64,000 bases of DNA from Desulfosudaceae bacterium (GCA_963674745.2 CAXXDV010000001.1:1472001-1536000), one strand, 5' to 3'; numbered from the stretch's first letter, positions 31,153-41,789 are shown. Numbers and translations: made by a program. Notes: generated by a model not told the origin, from the sequence alone.

Positions 31153-31716
31153 TTAAACCTTGTTTTTTCTATATTCTCTAAATTCATTTACGAATTTTAG
31201 CCTTGCCTGATCTTGGACGATAGAAACCCCACTGATTTTATTGAAGACGGTTTTTTCATCCGAGTCGAATAGTGCCCAGACTAATCCCAAAAGGCCAATT
31301 ATCAGATAAGTACAGCTTACCATCATTAAGCCTTCTTGGAGCAAGGCTGTTTTCCATGACAAAGATTCTTCGGTGGGCTTTACCGCTTTTAACCCGAATA
31401 ATTTCATTCCCCAAGTTTGGGATTTAGATTTTAAGGGGTACAGAAAGGCCAGAAACCAGCCTAAAATGGTTGGAACGGTTAATAATGAAACAAAAAATAA
31501 TATTTGATAAAGGGCTTTATAAGAAAGGCTTATCCATGAATAATTTACTGCCATTGTTTCAGGCCACAAATTTTCGAGAAAAATATTCAGTGCGAAAAAA
31601 AGAAGTATGATCAGAGTGACAAATAGTGAGCAAAGAAATCCTGTCATAGCATACCCACAAATTCGGAATACGATTTCCCCATTTTGAACAGTCACGTTTG
31701 TTTGTTCAGTATTCAT
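31153..31716 (-). CDS. RDD-family membrane protein (cassette)
   Basis: QTWGMKLFGLK.V...WALFD..KT..NKISG. Confidence 0.75.
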   Translation of the reverse strand: MNTEQTNVTVQNGEIVFRICGYAMTGFLCSLFVTLIILLFFALNIFLENLWPETMAVNYSWISLSYKALYQILFFVSLLTVPTILGWFLAFLYPLKSKSQTWGMKLFGLKAVKPTEESLSWKTALLQEGLMMVSCTYLIIGLLGLVWALFDSDEKTVFNKISGVSIVQDQARLKFVNEFREYRKNKV

Positions 31717-31791
31717 TCTGTAGGTTTAACGGCTTCAGCCAAAGGGCGCCAGGGCTTACTCTGACTGACTTAAAGTCGGTTAATATTCAAT

Positions 31792-32421
31792 TCAGCACGG
31801 TTGTTCAAAATCCGAGTGCCCTGGCGGTCCTATTGAGCTGGATTGTTGGGTGAGTTCTATATCAAAATTTGGCTTCCAGTCTTTCAATGAACAATTACTC
31901 CTAGAGATAGGGTAGTTCCTATAAGCCCATTCGATAGAAGCGCCATGTTGTTCATATAGTCTATTTTCCCATATACCGCCTCTCAGTACATCAATAAGGT
32001 TGTCCGTAATATGTTTCTCAATATTAGGGAGGCTTTTAGAAAAATTTTGAACACCAAGTATAAAAAAGGAGGAAGGTCGTTCTTCAATAGTTTTTCCCGC
32101 AAAAGTGTCCGAAAAAGTCAGGTGAATGTTACATAGGAAGCTTGGAATTGTTTCTTTAGTCCAATCCTTAGAAGACGTATAAATTCCAATTTCTTTCAAG
32201 TGATCATTTTCCGCTTTCTTAACATATTCATCATATGTATGACTCTTATGTATTTTCCTTCTATATTTTTCCACATCAAATTCATGGTAAGCAATAGCCT
32301 CAGTCTTTAATGGCATATCTTTGAAGAGACTCACGGAATCTCTAGCGTACTCAATTACTTTTTTAAAGGGTGCAGCGGTATACCATGCGACACAATAATA
32401 TTTTGTATCTGAATATCCCAT
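31792..32421 (-). CDS. Cassette hypothetical protein (stop inside attC)
   Basis: Fills cassette. Confidence 0.7.
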   Translation of the reverse strand: MGYSDTKYYCVAWYTAAPFKKVIEYARDSVSLFKDMPLKTEAIAYHEFDVEKYRRKIHKSHTYDEYVKKAENDHLKEIGIYTSSKDWTKETIPSFLCNIHLTFSDTFAGKTIEERPSSFFILGVQNFSKSLPNIEKHITDNLIDVLRGGIWENRLYEQHGASIEWAYRNYPISRSNCSLKDWKPNFDIELTQQSSSIGPPGHSDFEQPC

Positions 32422-32435
32422 TACAATTTACACCC

Positions 32436-32553
32436 AACGTCCACGGTGTGGGGCCGCAAGGGGAGGGAGCCACCCGCAGAAAACTCGTTTTTGAATTATG
32501 TGGCAAGAGCCAAAACCGGACGCCCCTTGCGGTCCCTTACCAACGTGTTGTTA
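32436..32553 (-). repeat. Divergent singleton attC
   Basis: AACGTCCACGGTGTGGGGCCGCAAGGGG...CCCCTTGCGGTCCCTTACCAACGTGTTGTTA. Confidence 0.8.
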
Positions 32554-32557
32554 TATT

Positions 32558-33070
32558 TTAATAGTGGCCTTCTTCTTTGGCCGTTACAATTCGTATCTCA
32601 AACGAGTCATAAAGTTCCTGCGGAAATTCTCTTCTAATCGATACCTTAAAAGGGACTTTTTCTTTTGATGGTAGGACAAAACTGTAATTTTCCTCCTGTT
32701 CGGTATCAATTATATTTTTATCCTTGTCAAAGAAAATCATTTCAAAATTTGGTTTTTCCCAATTTAGATCGCTATTATTTTCAATCATTCCTAAAATGAC
32801 CACTGTTTGCCCGCATTTGGATTCACCGAACTCCATAGTACAATCCTTTAAAACAATTTCACTTCTTACCGGAGCAAAATCCTGACCAGGGCCAAGTGTA
32901 TCAATGAAGAATTGTTGGAATAGAAGGTAAAGAACAAGCAATATCGCTACTGTAAAAAATGGATGCCAAATCACCAGGCTAATTTTATTTTGCCAGTGTT
33001 TACAAAAAGGACATTTTTTAGCCTGAACATCTATTTCACTACAGCATATCAAACATTTTTTCTTATCCAT
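32558..33070 (-). CDS. Zn-ribbon plus TM plus FxLYD-like domain protein (cassette)
   Basis: KCLIC..AKKCPFC; G.IENNS..FFDKD..IID..L.SKEK.PF. Confidence 0.7.
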   Translation of the reverse strand: MDKKKCLICCSEIDVQAKKCPFCKHWQNKISLVIWHPFFTVAILLVLYLLFQQFFIDTLGPGQDFAPVRSEIVLKDCTMEFGESKCGQTVVILGMIENNSDLNWEKPNFEMIFFDKDKNIIDTEQEENYSFVLPSKEKVPFKVSIRREFPQELYDSFEIRIVTAKEEGHY

Positions 33071-33207
33071 TCAGAAATATCCTTCATAAAATATAACGTC
33101 CACCGTCACTTGGGAGCAGGGAAAGGTGACTTTTGCAAAGCCACGTTAACACCGAACCTCGATAATTGAAAAGCAGCCCGCCCCTGCGAGTCAAGTGCAT
33201 GGTGTTG

Positions 33208-33528
33208 TTAGGTTCCGTTTTTATTGATTAATTCATTACAAAACTCGATAGTATCAGTTTTGCCTTTCGATTGCAGCCTCGATAATAAAATTGGGCCTTT
33301 GATGAAACGAAAATATAGAAAAATGGTGGTTGTCACCAATGGCCCCAAGAGTAGCGAAAGCAAAAGAATCTCTTTCCAACTTGTCGTTTTATGAGATTCG
33401 GATGGTAAAAGGGAAAACGTAGCGAAAACCAATATAGCTATAGCGCTAATGGTAAAGCATAAGGTGAGAAACCTACGCCATGTCCATCCAAAGATGATTC
33501 TCGCAAAAAATTTTTCCGATTCTTCCAT
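33208..33528 (-). CDS. Cassette membrane protein
   Basis: Fills cassette. Confidence 0.65.
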   Translation of the reverse strand: MEESEKFFARIIFGWTWRRFLTLCFTISAIAILVFATFSLLPSESHKTTSWKEILLLSLLLGPLVTTTIFLYFRFIKGPILLSRLQSKGKTDTIEFCNELINKNGT

Positions 33529-33707
33529 TCTGGAACCTAACGTCGGCCGCCAATGGGAGCCAGGGCTTCCACTGACTTGCCTTAAAGGTGGTTACTGTTC
33601 AATTCCCCCCGGTTTTTCAAAACCCGAATGCCCTGGCTATCCTTTGCGCGGCTTGGTTATCTTTAAAATATTATATTTTCGGGCAGCCGCTTCTGGAAGA
33701 ATTTTCT

Positions 33708-33992
33708 CTAAAGTTCATATCGTTCATCACACTCATCATTTAACTCGGAATACCTTTTTCTGAGATTTTCCAAACGGCTTTCCAAATCAATTCTTTCGAC
33801 ACCTTTCAAAGGCGGATCTGAATTGAGCTTATCTTGAATGAGCTCCATTTCTTCATAGGTTGCCCGGGCTTTTTGGCAACTTTCTGGCTCTGGTAAACCA
33901 AAAATAATTTCCGTCATAAAACCACATGATGGAAGAGTCAGCAGAGAAATCATAACCAGGACTTTCAATGCTTTTATCAAGTTGCCCCTCAT
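33708..33992 (-). CDS. Small lipoprotein (copy 1 of 2)
   Basis: LPSC lipobox; identical at 38740. Confidence 0.7.
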   Translation of the reverse strand: MRGNLIKALKVLVMISLLTLPSCGFMTEIIFGLPEPESCQKARATYEEMELIQDKLNSDPPLKGVERIDLESRLENLRKRYSELNDECDERYEL

Positions 33993-34126
33993 ATATGTTG
34001 AAAGATAACGTCCGCCACCACCGGCGAGCAGGGGATGCGGACTTCTTTAAATGTTAGTTCAACACCACACTATGCAAAAACTAAGGCAGGGCGCCCCTGC
34101 GAGTCTGTGTGAGTGGATTTGTTAGA

Positions 34127-34708
34127 TCATCTCCATATTTGATTCTGAATTAATGTGAATACCCACAGAGGGGTATAACTGACAATGTTCGCAGCTAGGA
34201 TCGTTTTATGAATTTTTTTCGGATCAACCCTTATAAGTACTGAAGAACGCTTGGCAAGAAATTCTTCAACAGAGACACTTAAAGCAAAAGCAATTACAGT
34301 CCAGAAGAGCATAGCACATGTCATAAAGATATACCACGATCCTGGTTGCTTAGCTGGATACATCGCTGGGGGGAAACTCCAATAAAAGTTCCCCATAGCG
34401 GCAAGAGATTGTGGTACATCTATTCCGGAGATAGCAACAAGATAGATTATCCAGTAAATCATAAAGAGCATGACAGGAAAACCAATGAGAGTTGTAACTA
34501 CATTCCATTTGAGGGAATTGATAAATGACTTTTTCCAGCCTATCCGCAGGGTGTATTGGATCACAAGACATTCAAGCAGAATTAATCCTGGAAAATAAAG
34601 AATAATTTCAATCCCAACAGTAGGCGCAATAGGAACACCAACGTTAGCGCATGCTTCTACGGGAAATGCAAACAAAGCAAAAAATATTATGGTCCATTTT
34701 CTTTTCAT
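34127..34708 (-). CDS. Cassette membrane protein
   Basis: ANVGVP..LILLE..NVVTTLIGFP..ANIVSY. Confidence 0.75.
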   Translation of the reverse strand: MKRKWTIIFFALFAFPVEACANVGVPIAPTVGIEIILYFPGLILLECLVIQYTLRIGWKKSFINSLKWNVVTTLIGFPVMLFMIYWIIYLVAISGIDVPQSLAAMGNFYWSFPPAMYPAKQPGSWYIFMTCAMLFWTVIAFALSVSVEEFLAKRSSVLIRVDPKKIHKTILAANIVSYTPLWVFTLIQNQIWR

Positions 34709-34716
34709 GATCTAAC

Positions 34717-34932
34717 GAGTCTGTAGGAAAAGTCTATTTTCGATAAATTTTATCTTTTTTCAGAAAAACACCTTCGTAGAATATATTTTATACTAAAACA
34801 TAAAATCCTTGCAAACCATCTATTTTAGATGGCTTCACAGAGATCATACAAAATCTTATATAACTTTCAGGTTTTCAAAAATTGGCGGCAAAACCCTATG
34901 TTTTACTCAAATTTTACTTTTTCTACAGCCTC
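34717..34932. mobile_element. 216-bp attC-targeting MITE-like element, locus 5
   Basis: AAC[...]AAC at attC crossover. Confidence 0.88.
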
Positions 34933-35070
34933 AACGTCTCCAGCCAGAGGGCGCCAGGGATTCCACTGACTGTCTTAAAGTTGGTGAATGTTAAATCCCC
35001 CCGGTTGTCCAACAAAGCCCGCCCTGGCGGTCCTGCTGGGCTGGATTGTTATGATTTAGGATATTATTTT

Positions 35071-35415
35071 TCAATCCACCCATTCAACTTTTACTTTAGT
35101 TCCTCTAAGACCTTCAAAAAACCCGCCGACTAAGGCCCATGCGGTTTTTTGGTTCCCTTGTCTTGTTTTAACTTTTATCCAAAAAATTCGTTGTCTCCAA
35201 ACAAGTTTAAAAAAAAATGGATTCATTTTTAATCTTGGATATTTGAAGTCTATTAAAGCATATCCATTATTACTTGCCCAGATTTCGAGTATTTTTTTAC
35301 CCTTTTTCGAGTTATAATAATGTTCAAATATAAACAATATAAGGAGAATAGATATCGGAACATTACATAATGATAGTAATATTAAAAGATCATTGTTCAT
35401 ATGCAGAAAAATCAT
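35071..35415 (-). CDS. Cassette protein with N-terminal TM
   Basis: WASNNGY...AWALVGG...VEW. Confidence 0.7.
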   Translation of the reverse strand: MIFLHMNNDLLILLSLCNVPISILLILFIFEHYYNSKKGKKILEIWASNNGYALIDFKYPRLKMNPFFFKLVWRQRIFWIKVKTRQGNQKTAWALVGGFFEGLRGTKVKVEWVD

Positions 35416-35544
35416 AACGGCGGCAGCCAGAGGGAGCCAGGGCTTCTTCCGACTGTCTTAAAGATGGTTAAAGTTCAGTTTTCCCAGAATGCTCAGAACC
35501 CGGGTGCCCTGGCTATCCTTTTGCGCTGCCTTGTTCTGCAATCA

Positions 35545-36114
35545 CTAATCCCACCAAAAATGAATCATGTTTTCTTTCAAAACTGGCTGCAGAAGTGGAC
35601 TCGTTCCATCCCACTCGGAAATGTATAAGTCGAGCCCTGCCTGCATCTGAATGTCTGCTGGGAACAGCCTTTCGATCTGGCGGACTTCGCCGTCGGTGAT
35701 CTTTCGCTCGAATTTAAGTTTCAATCCCGCTGGATCAGCGAACGTTACACGACAGGGAATCATGGCTGCAATGGCTTCGGTTTTCTCCGCGACAAGATTA
35801 ATAGTGGCATTTTGATCGTATCCATAGCTCTGGGCGCCATGAGAGCCGACCCGGAATAGGCGTACTACATTGCCTACCTTCGTATCCACAGGCATAGAAT
35901 ATAAACGATGCCCTGTATCTCCATCAAGGAGGCCATAAAACTGGACCTTCTCACTATCGGGTGATCTGGGGGGATCACTGTATATCTCTTCATGAGTGAC
36001 AGGAGCACCTATGGTCCAGCCGGGTGGCAGTGCAGAAGTATTCATCTTATTCGCCTGTTCATGGTTACATCCAAATGCAAGGATGAACAACAATATTGTG
36101 AAAAATATTCTCAT
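35545..36114 (-). CDS. DUF4253-like lipoprotein (cassette)
   Basis: AFGC lipobox; C-terminal HFWWD. Confidence 0.65.
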   Translation of the reverse strand: MRIFFTILLFILAFGCNHEQANKMNTSALPPGWTIGAPVTHEEIYSDPPRSPDSEKVQFYGLLDGDTGHRLYSMPVDTKVGNVVRLFRVGSHGAQSYGYDQNATINLVAEKTEAIAAMIPCRVTFADPAGLKLKFERKITDGEVRQIERLFPADIQMQAGLDLYISEWDGTSPLLQPVLKENMIHFWWD

Positions 36115-36254
36115 GATCTCTTGCAGAACGTCCGCCACCACCGGCGAGCAGGGTTTGCGGACTTCGCTAAAGGAAGTTTAACTCTAAATTACGCCAAAAC
36201 TAAGGCGGCCCGCCCCTGCGAGTCCGTGTGAGTGGCGTTGTTATGTGCCTCTAA

Positions 36255-36593
36255 TCATTCGTATTTCTTATATGCACTCCAATGCGTATCACAATTCAAG
36301 CATTTGCTATGGAAAACGCCTAAATATCTCCAACTAAAACCGAATAATTCTCCACAGACAGGACAAGTACTGTATTTACTTGCAAGGCTGGAAATGAACA
36401 GCGCTACAAGATATGGCAAAAAAAATATAGCCATGATTATTCCAAAGTAGAATCCATTGAAAAGGATATCGCTAAATAATGCCACAATAATAAAATACGG
36501 GAATGTGCAACCAGCAAGAATCCAGTTGGTTTTTCTCGCAAGCCTTATTTTTCGTAGTTCCTTTGCAATTTTTCTATTGTCTTCTTCACCCAT
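36255..36593 (-). CDS. 2-TM plus Zn-ribbon cassette protein
   Basis: CPVCG...CLNC. Confidence 0.7.
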   Translation of the reverse strand: MGEEDNRKIAKELRKIRLARKTNWILAGCTFPYFIIVALFSDILFNGFYFGIIMAIFFLPYLVALFISSLASKYSTCPVCGELFGFSWRYLGVFHSKCLNCDTHWSAYKKYE

Positions 36594-36746
36594 TATTCTT
36601 TGGCACATAACGGCGGCCGCCAATGGGAGCCAGGGCTTCCACCGACTTGCCTTAAAGATGGTTTATGTTCGTTTCCCCCGGAATCTCAAAACCTGACTGC
36701 CCTGGCTCTCCTTTGCGCGGCCTGGTTATAAACGAAAATTAATTTT

Positions 36747-37013
36747 TTAAAAAAATAGACATAATAAAATTATTGAAATAAATACGAATAACATACCATA
36801 TTGTATAATAAAAATGTCATCCTTTTTGGGAGCCGAAGCTCGCCTCATTATTATGATCGCAATAAACCCCCAATGAACAAAGACCAAAAGCAAACAAGCT
36901 CGAAATACCTGCCCTCCATCAAGAATCAAACTGGATAGAAATAAAACAAGCAATTGCCATATGATGGCTGAGAAAATTGATTTCTTTAATTCTGGTGAGA
37001 ATATTAACATCAT
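36747..37013 (-). CDS. 3-TM cassette protein
   Basis: ILDGG...RRA.P...IQYG. Confidence 0.7.
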   Translation of the reverse strand: MMLIFSPELKKSIFSAIIWQLLVLFLSSLILDGGQVFRACLLLVFVHWGFIAIIIMRRASAPKKDDIFIIQYGMLFVFISIILLCLFF

Positions 37014-37078
37014 TGTTTATGTTTATAACGTCGGAAGCCAGAGGCAGCCAGGGCTTTCTCGGACTGCCTTAATGATGA

Positions 37079-37672
37079 TTAATGTTCATTTCCCCCAGGT
37101 TGCTCAAAATCCGACTGCCCTGGCTGTCCTTTCTGAGCTTCCTGGTTAGATGATTCTATCTTTTTAAAAGTCTCGTCGTATTTACCGAGAAAGCCTATTA
37201 CCTTATCTGGACCTATTATCAATATAGTTCCTATGATAAGTTTTATAATTGGTCCTATGAGATAAGTCCATCTGTGTTCCACGCCCCTGACGTGCACTGG
37301 CACCTCATTAATGGTTTTATAGTATAGACCGATATCTATTGACAGTTGAATAAACTGTGGAATCGCCTGAGAAAAAATAAAAATCCCTAAAACCAATAAT
37401 GCAATTCGTGTCGTTTTTTCAGAGGCAGTTATATGCATGCTGCCTTCCTCAGCCTCGCTAAATTCGATTATAAAGGTACTCATTCTTGGAGCAAAAATAT
37501 AAAGTAACAGGCCGCAGGCAATCAATATGAAAGGGCTTACAAGAAGGTAAGGATATGAGCTTGATGATTCTATGAACATCGAAGTGACATGCGGCAACGA
37601 ACTCAACCCTTGAACCCCAAAAAAGATTCCAAGAAGCCGTAAACATAGTGTAACAAAATTATTCTTTTTCAT
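37079..37672 (-). CDS. 4-TM cassette protein (stop inside attC)
   Basis: Fills cassette. Confidence 0.7.
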   Translation of the reverse strand: MKKNNFVTLCLRLLGIFFGVQGLSSLPHVTSMFIESSSSYPYLLVSPFILIACGLLLYIFAPRMSTFIIEFSEAEEGSMHITASEKTTRIALLVLGIFIFSQAIPQFIQLSIDIGLYYKTINEVPVHVRGVEHRWTYLIGPIIKLIIGTILIIGPDKVIGFLGKYDETFKKIESSNQEAQKGQPGQSDFEQPGGNEH

Positions 37673-37827
37673 TTGTTTGCTCTTCTATATTCATCTAACG
37701 GCGGCCGCCAATGGGAGCCAGGGCTTCCACTGACTTACCTTAAAGATGGTTATTGTTCGTTTTCCCCCGACTCTTCAAAAACCGACTGCCCTGGATCTCC
37801 TTTGGGCGGCCTTGTTATACCCTAACC

Positions 37828-38151
37828 CTACATCTTCATTACATCTACTAAATCTTGCATCCGTTCTTTGATACTTTCGTCGACTTCGTCTATTGAAATC
37901 ACGCCCCGGACGATTCCAAAGCCTACTGTGATAAACGGATTATTCAAAGTATAATTTTTGTGTAAGAATCTTGCTTTATCATGATGGTATTCGTGAATAA
38001 ATTTATCAAGATCCCAAACAGTGATATCCTTTTTTCGCCATGCATCAAATTTTTCGGCTAATTCTTCCTGACATTTCGCCAAGTCTTTTTCATAGGCTAT
38101 TTCTGTAAGTTCTCTGAGCTGTCTTTTTTGTTTTTTTGTTAATTGTTCCAT
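37828..38151 (-). CDS. Cassette hypothetical protein
   Basis: Start adjusted; LRELTEIAYE...FDAWR...IHEYH. Confidence 0.75.
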   Translation of the reverse strand: MEQLTKKQKRQLRELTEIAYEKDLAKCQEELAEKFDAWRKKDITVWDLDKFIHEYHHDKARFLHKNYTLNNPFITVGFGIVRGVISIDEVDESIKERMQDLVDVMKM

Positions 38152-38282
38152 AAATTCTATTGGGTATAACGTCTGCAGCCAAAGTAGCCAGGGCTTCCAG
38201 TGACTGACTTTAAGGTGGTTGATGTTCAATTTCCCCCGAATGTTCAAAAGCCGAATGCCCTGGCTATCATTTGGGCTGCTTG

Positions 38283-38573
38283 GTTAAGTGCCCGCATTAT
38301 TGAGAAAGACTTTAACGACAGCATGGGCAAATAAATTAAAATGATATTTTTCTTTTTACGCCTTGTCCATCATGAACTTATGAAAACGGGTAGGTCTCTT
38401 TTCATCCGGACAAATAAAGGCGCAAAATCAAACAGTCCCGCCAGATCAAAATACAGCTTATCTTTACTGATTGAAAATATCAATCTAGTGACAATTTCCA
38501 TAGTGGCAACGAAGATCATTTTTCGTCAAAATTCTTTTTTTATTTTTTCCCGTACAGATTAAGTGCACTTAAC
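38283..38573 (-). repeat. Gene-less cassette family A, copy 8
   Basis: Subtype b. Confidence 0.85.
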
Positions 38574-38739
38574 GTCGGCCGCCAATGGGAGCCAGGGCTT
38601 CCACTGACTTGCCTTAAAGGTGGTTACTGTTCAATTCCCCCCGGTTTTTCAAAACCCGAATGCCCTGGCTATCCTTTGCGCGGCTTGGTTATCTTTAAAA
38701 TATTATATTTTCGGGCAGCCGCTTCTGGAAGAATTTTCT

Positions 38740-39024
38740 CTAAAGTTCATATCGTTCATCACACTCATCATTTAACTCGGAATACCTTTTTCTGAGATTT
38801 TCCAAACGGCTTTCCAAATCAATTCTTTCGACACCTTTCAAAGGCGGATCTGAATTGAGCTTATCTTGAATGAGCTCCATTTCTTCATAGGTTGCCCGGG
38901 CTTTTTGGCAACTTTCTGGCTCTGGTAAACCAAAAATAATTTCCGTCATAAAACCACATGATGGAAGAGTCAGCAGAGAAATCATAACCAGGACTTTCAA
39001 TGCTTTTATCAAGTTGCCCCTCAT
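38740..39024 (-). CDS. Small lipoprotein (copy 2)
   Basis: Identical to 33708. Confidence 0.7.
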   Translation of the reverse strand: MRGNLIKALKVLVMISLLTLPSCGFMTEIIFGLPEPESCQKARATYEEMELIQDKLNSDPPLKGVERIDLESRLENLRKRYSELNDECDERYEL

Positions 39025-39158
39025 ATATGTTGAAAGATAACGCCCGCCACCACCGGCGAGCAGGGTTTGCGGACTTCTCTAAAGTGAGTTCAACTCCAAA
39101 TTACGCCACAACAAAAGCCGCGCGTCCCTGCGAGTCCGTGTGGGTGGCGTTGTTATCT

Positions 39159-39443
39159 CTAAATGTTATGCTTTTTTTTAACTTCTGAGATTCTATCCCA
39201 AACTGCTTTTGAAACTGAATCTTGGGATACTTGATCGAAAATGTTATTTAGTACCCGTTTTTCATCATCATCAATAATATTATCGGCCATTGCTAATCCA
39301 AGCAGATAATTGATTTCTCCAATATCCAGCGTACCATCATCAGTGAAACATTTAATAGAGTCGAGGGCAATTCTTAAATGACTTTCAAGTGGTGACATTT
39401 GATTGTACCTTTCTCTCCAAGAGGGTTGTCGGTTAAAGCGCAC
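39159..39443 (-). CDS. TerB-like small protein (copy 1 of 2)
   Basis: DDGTLD..E...LAMADNIIDDDEKRVL. Confidence 0.6.
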   Translation of the reverse strand: MRFNRQPSWRERYNQMSPLESHLRIALDSIKCFTDDGTLDIGEINYLLGLAMADNIIDDDEKRVLNNIFDQVSQDSVSKAVWDRISEVKKKHNI

Positions 39444-39578
39444 TTAATATTATAAGAGAGATAACGTCTGAAGCCAATGGCAGCAAGGGTTTCCACTGAC
39501 TTGATTAATGTTGTTTGCTGTTCAATCACCCAGCATGTTCAAAAACCGAGTGCCCTTGCTGTCCTTTGAGCTTCATTG

Positions 39579-40157
39579 TTAGTTTTCTATATCCAATAAT
39601 AGCCACTGGTTTAATTCATCATAACCTTTTACATATGTACGAACATCAATATTTAAGCGATTCCCAAATGCTGCAGTATATTTTTTATAGTCTATTATGC
39701 CAAAAAAGAGGTTGTTTATATTGATAATTACTCCTTGTGGGTAATAAACACACGACCTTCCCAAAACCGCTTTTTGTAGGGGATTATTTTCTTTAAAAAG
39801 TTTCCATTCATTTATCGTAGTGTTTAAATATCTGTTCCACTCAAAATCAAATTCTTCTTTTGTTATCTCTGGGACTTCTTCTGATGGAGCAAACTCTTGA
39901 ATAGGTTGATCGCATATACTTGGATGTGGCAACCAATCGGTTGAAGCCTTGTCATTCCTTTGAGCGGGGTTATCAATAACTGTAAATTTCTGTTCATGTT
40001 TTGTTATTCGGTTTGATGCAATATACTTTTCTCCATCAACGTCTAATTGTCTGAACACTATCAAATCAGTTTGTATATATTGCGCCTCCAGGAAACAAAA
40101 ACCACCTCCCAAAGGGCCTTCTTCATTTGAGTGTTTGAAATAATATGACCTATTCAT
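39579..40157 (-). CDS. Cassette hypothetical protein
   Basis: Fills cassette; GGAG RBS. Confidence 0.7.
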   Translation of the reverse strand: MNRSYYFKHSNEEGPLGGGFCFLEAQYIQTDLIVFRQLDVDGEKYIASNRITKHEQKFTVIDNPAQRNDKASTDWLPHPSICDQPIQEFAPSEEVPEITKEEFDFEWNRYLNTTINEWKLFKENNPLQKAVLGRSCVYYPQGVIININNLFFGIIDYKKYTAAFGNRLNIDVRTYVKGYDELNQWLLLDIEN

Positions 40158-40305
40158 AGGTAACTCCGAAAACTAACGTCTTCAGCCAAAGGGCGCCAGG
40201 GCTTCCCCCGACTGACTTAAAGTTGTTTTATGGTCAATTTTTTTCGGATATTCAAAATCCGAATGCCCTGGCGATCCTCTTGCGCTGAATTGTTCGGTGC
40301 CGATT

Positions 40306-40716
40306 TTAGTTTCCGAAAAACAGCTCTTTTGTCTCATAAAGCTTAGAACTATGTTTCCATCCAGACTCATGAGGTGGATCAGGGAAAGGGGCCTTTGCAT
40401 AACCACAAGATTCCTTGAAATTAAATACAGCATGTGGAACTTGATTGATCAATAAGGCTGCTGCAGAAAAATCCCTCGTCCATATAATTTTAATCATGGA
40501 TGGTTTATCTCGGTCTATTACATCCTTAACATTGTATATATGTAGAGCATCTACGAAAAATTGATCAGGGAGAGAATAATCTCGCGCATAAAAATAGCCT
40601 GTCTCACCATCATCTTCAAAAACAACTCCACGAATCCCATCAGATGTATCCGATTCAAGGACGATTTCTTCCCCGACCACGATTTTTTCTTCTACACCCA
40701 AAAATGGTGGCTTCAT
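40306..40716 (-). CDS. DUF2251-like protein (copy 2)
   Basis: Three aa differences from 19219. Confidence 0.8.
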   Translation of the reverse strand: MKPPFLGVEEKIVVGEEIVLESDTSDGIRGVVFEDDGETGYFYARDYSLPDQFFVDALHIYNVKDVIDRDKPSMIKIIWTRDFSAAALLINQVPHAVFNFKESCGYAKAPFPDPPHESGWKHSSKLYETKELFFGN

Positions 40717-40876
40717 ATTTTATGCACCGAACGTCGGCAGCCAAAGGGCGACAGGGCTTCCACTGACTTGCCTTAAAGACGGTTAATGTTCATTTTCCCC
40801 CGAATGTTCAAAAGCCGAATGCCCTGGCGATCCTCTTGCGATGCCTTGTTATGTGTTTACGTTTTTTTTCTGTATC

Positions 40877-41227
40877 TTATGTCTCTTTATTCGAGGAATA
40901 GTTTTTAGTAACAATAATATTTATTATCAGCACGATAATTACAAAGACCGTAAAACAAAAATAAATTATAAACAAAGAAACAGAAGCTTTTTCGGAGATA
41001 TCTTGCACTTTCGAAATATCTTTTAAGACCCCAATAATTTTTATGGGGTCTGTTGTGTTATCAATCTCAGAACTTAAATCAGAAACTAAGGAGCTGGTCT
41101 GTGTACTTGGCATCCCCATAAAAACATAATAAAGAACTAATACTGATACAATCAAACCGATAATATTGATACCAGATAGCCAAGATAAATCTTTTCTTTT
41201 TTTCACATACCACCTCCGTACTTTCAT
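40877..41227 (-). CDS. 2-TM cassette protein
   Basis: Fills cassette. Confidence 0.65.
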   Translation of the reverse strand: MKVRRWYVKKRKDLSWLSGINIIGLIVSVLVLYYVFMGMPSTQTSSLVSDLSSEIDNTTDPIKIIGVLKDISKVQDISEKASVSLFIIYFCFTVFVIIVLIINIIVTKNYSSNKET

Positions 41228-41357
41228 ACCTATGTTGACACATAACGTCCGCCACCACCGGCAAGCAGGGTTTGCGGACTTCGCTAAAGTGAGTTCAACA
41301 CCAAACTATGCCAGGACAAAAGCAGCCCGCCCCTGCGAGTCCGTGTGAGTGGCATGG

Positions 41358-41789
41358 TTATGTAACTGAATTCAATTCTTTTTTCTTCCTTCTTGTAAAA
41401 AATCCAAATATCATTCCCGCAAACATTAATATAATTCCAATAATGATAAGGATTCTCGATACAGAAAAACCTGCTATTATAAACCCAAATGCTGCTGTAT
41501 ATAGTAACCACGACGATAACGACCAAACAGCAATCGTATTTTCCTGTTTAGAGTATTTGAGGCCCTGTTTTTCTGAAGTTTCTGGTTCCAATATCTTTTG
41601 TGCCAGATTTGTATCACTTTCACAGACCTTGAGCTTTACACCATGTATAGACTGCATTATAGGATACGCTCCACCACAATCATCTTTCACAATAAGAGAT
41701 TTGATACCTGAAACCTCAAGTTTACCTTTCGCAATTTCTGCTTCCAGATTAGAAGAAAAGGATTTTATAGTGACAAGGTCTTTTTGCAT
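41358..41789 (-). CDS. DUF2007-like putative signal-transducing protein with C-terminal TMs
   Basis: LVTIKSF....EAEIAKGKLE..GI. Confidence 0.75.
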   Translation of the reverse strand: MQKDLVTIKSFSSNLEAEIAKGKLEVSGIKSLIVKDDCGGAYPIMQSIHGVKLKVCESDTNLAQKILEPETSEKQGLKYSKQENTIAVWSLSSWLLYTAAFGFIIAGFSVSRILIIIGIILMFAGMIFGFFTRRKKKELNSVT

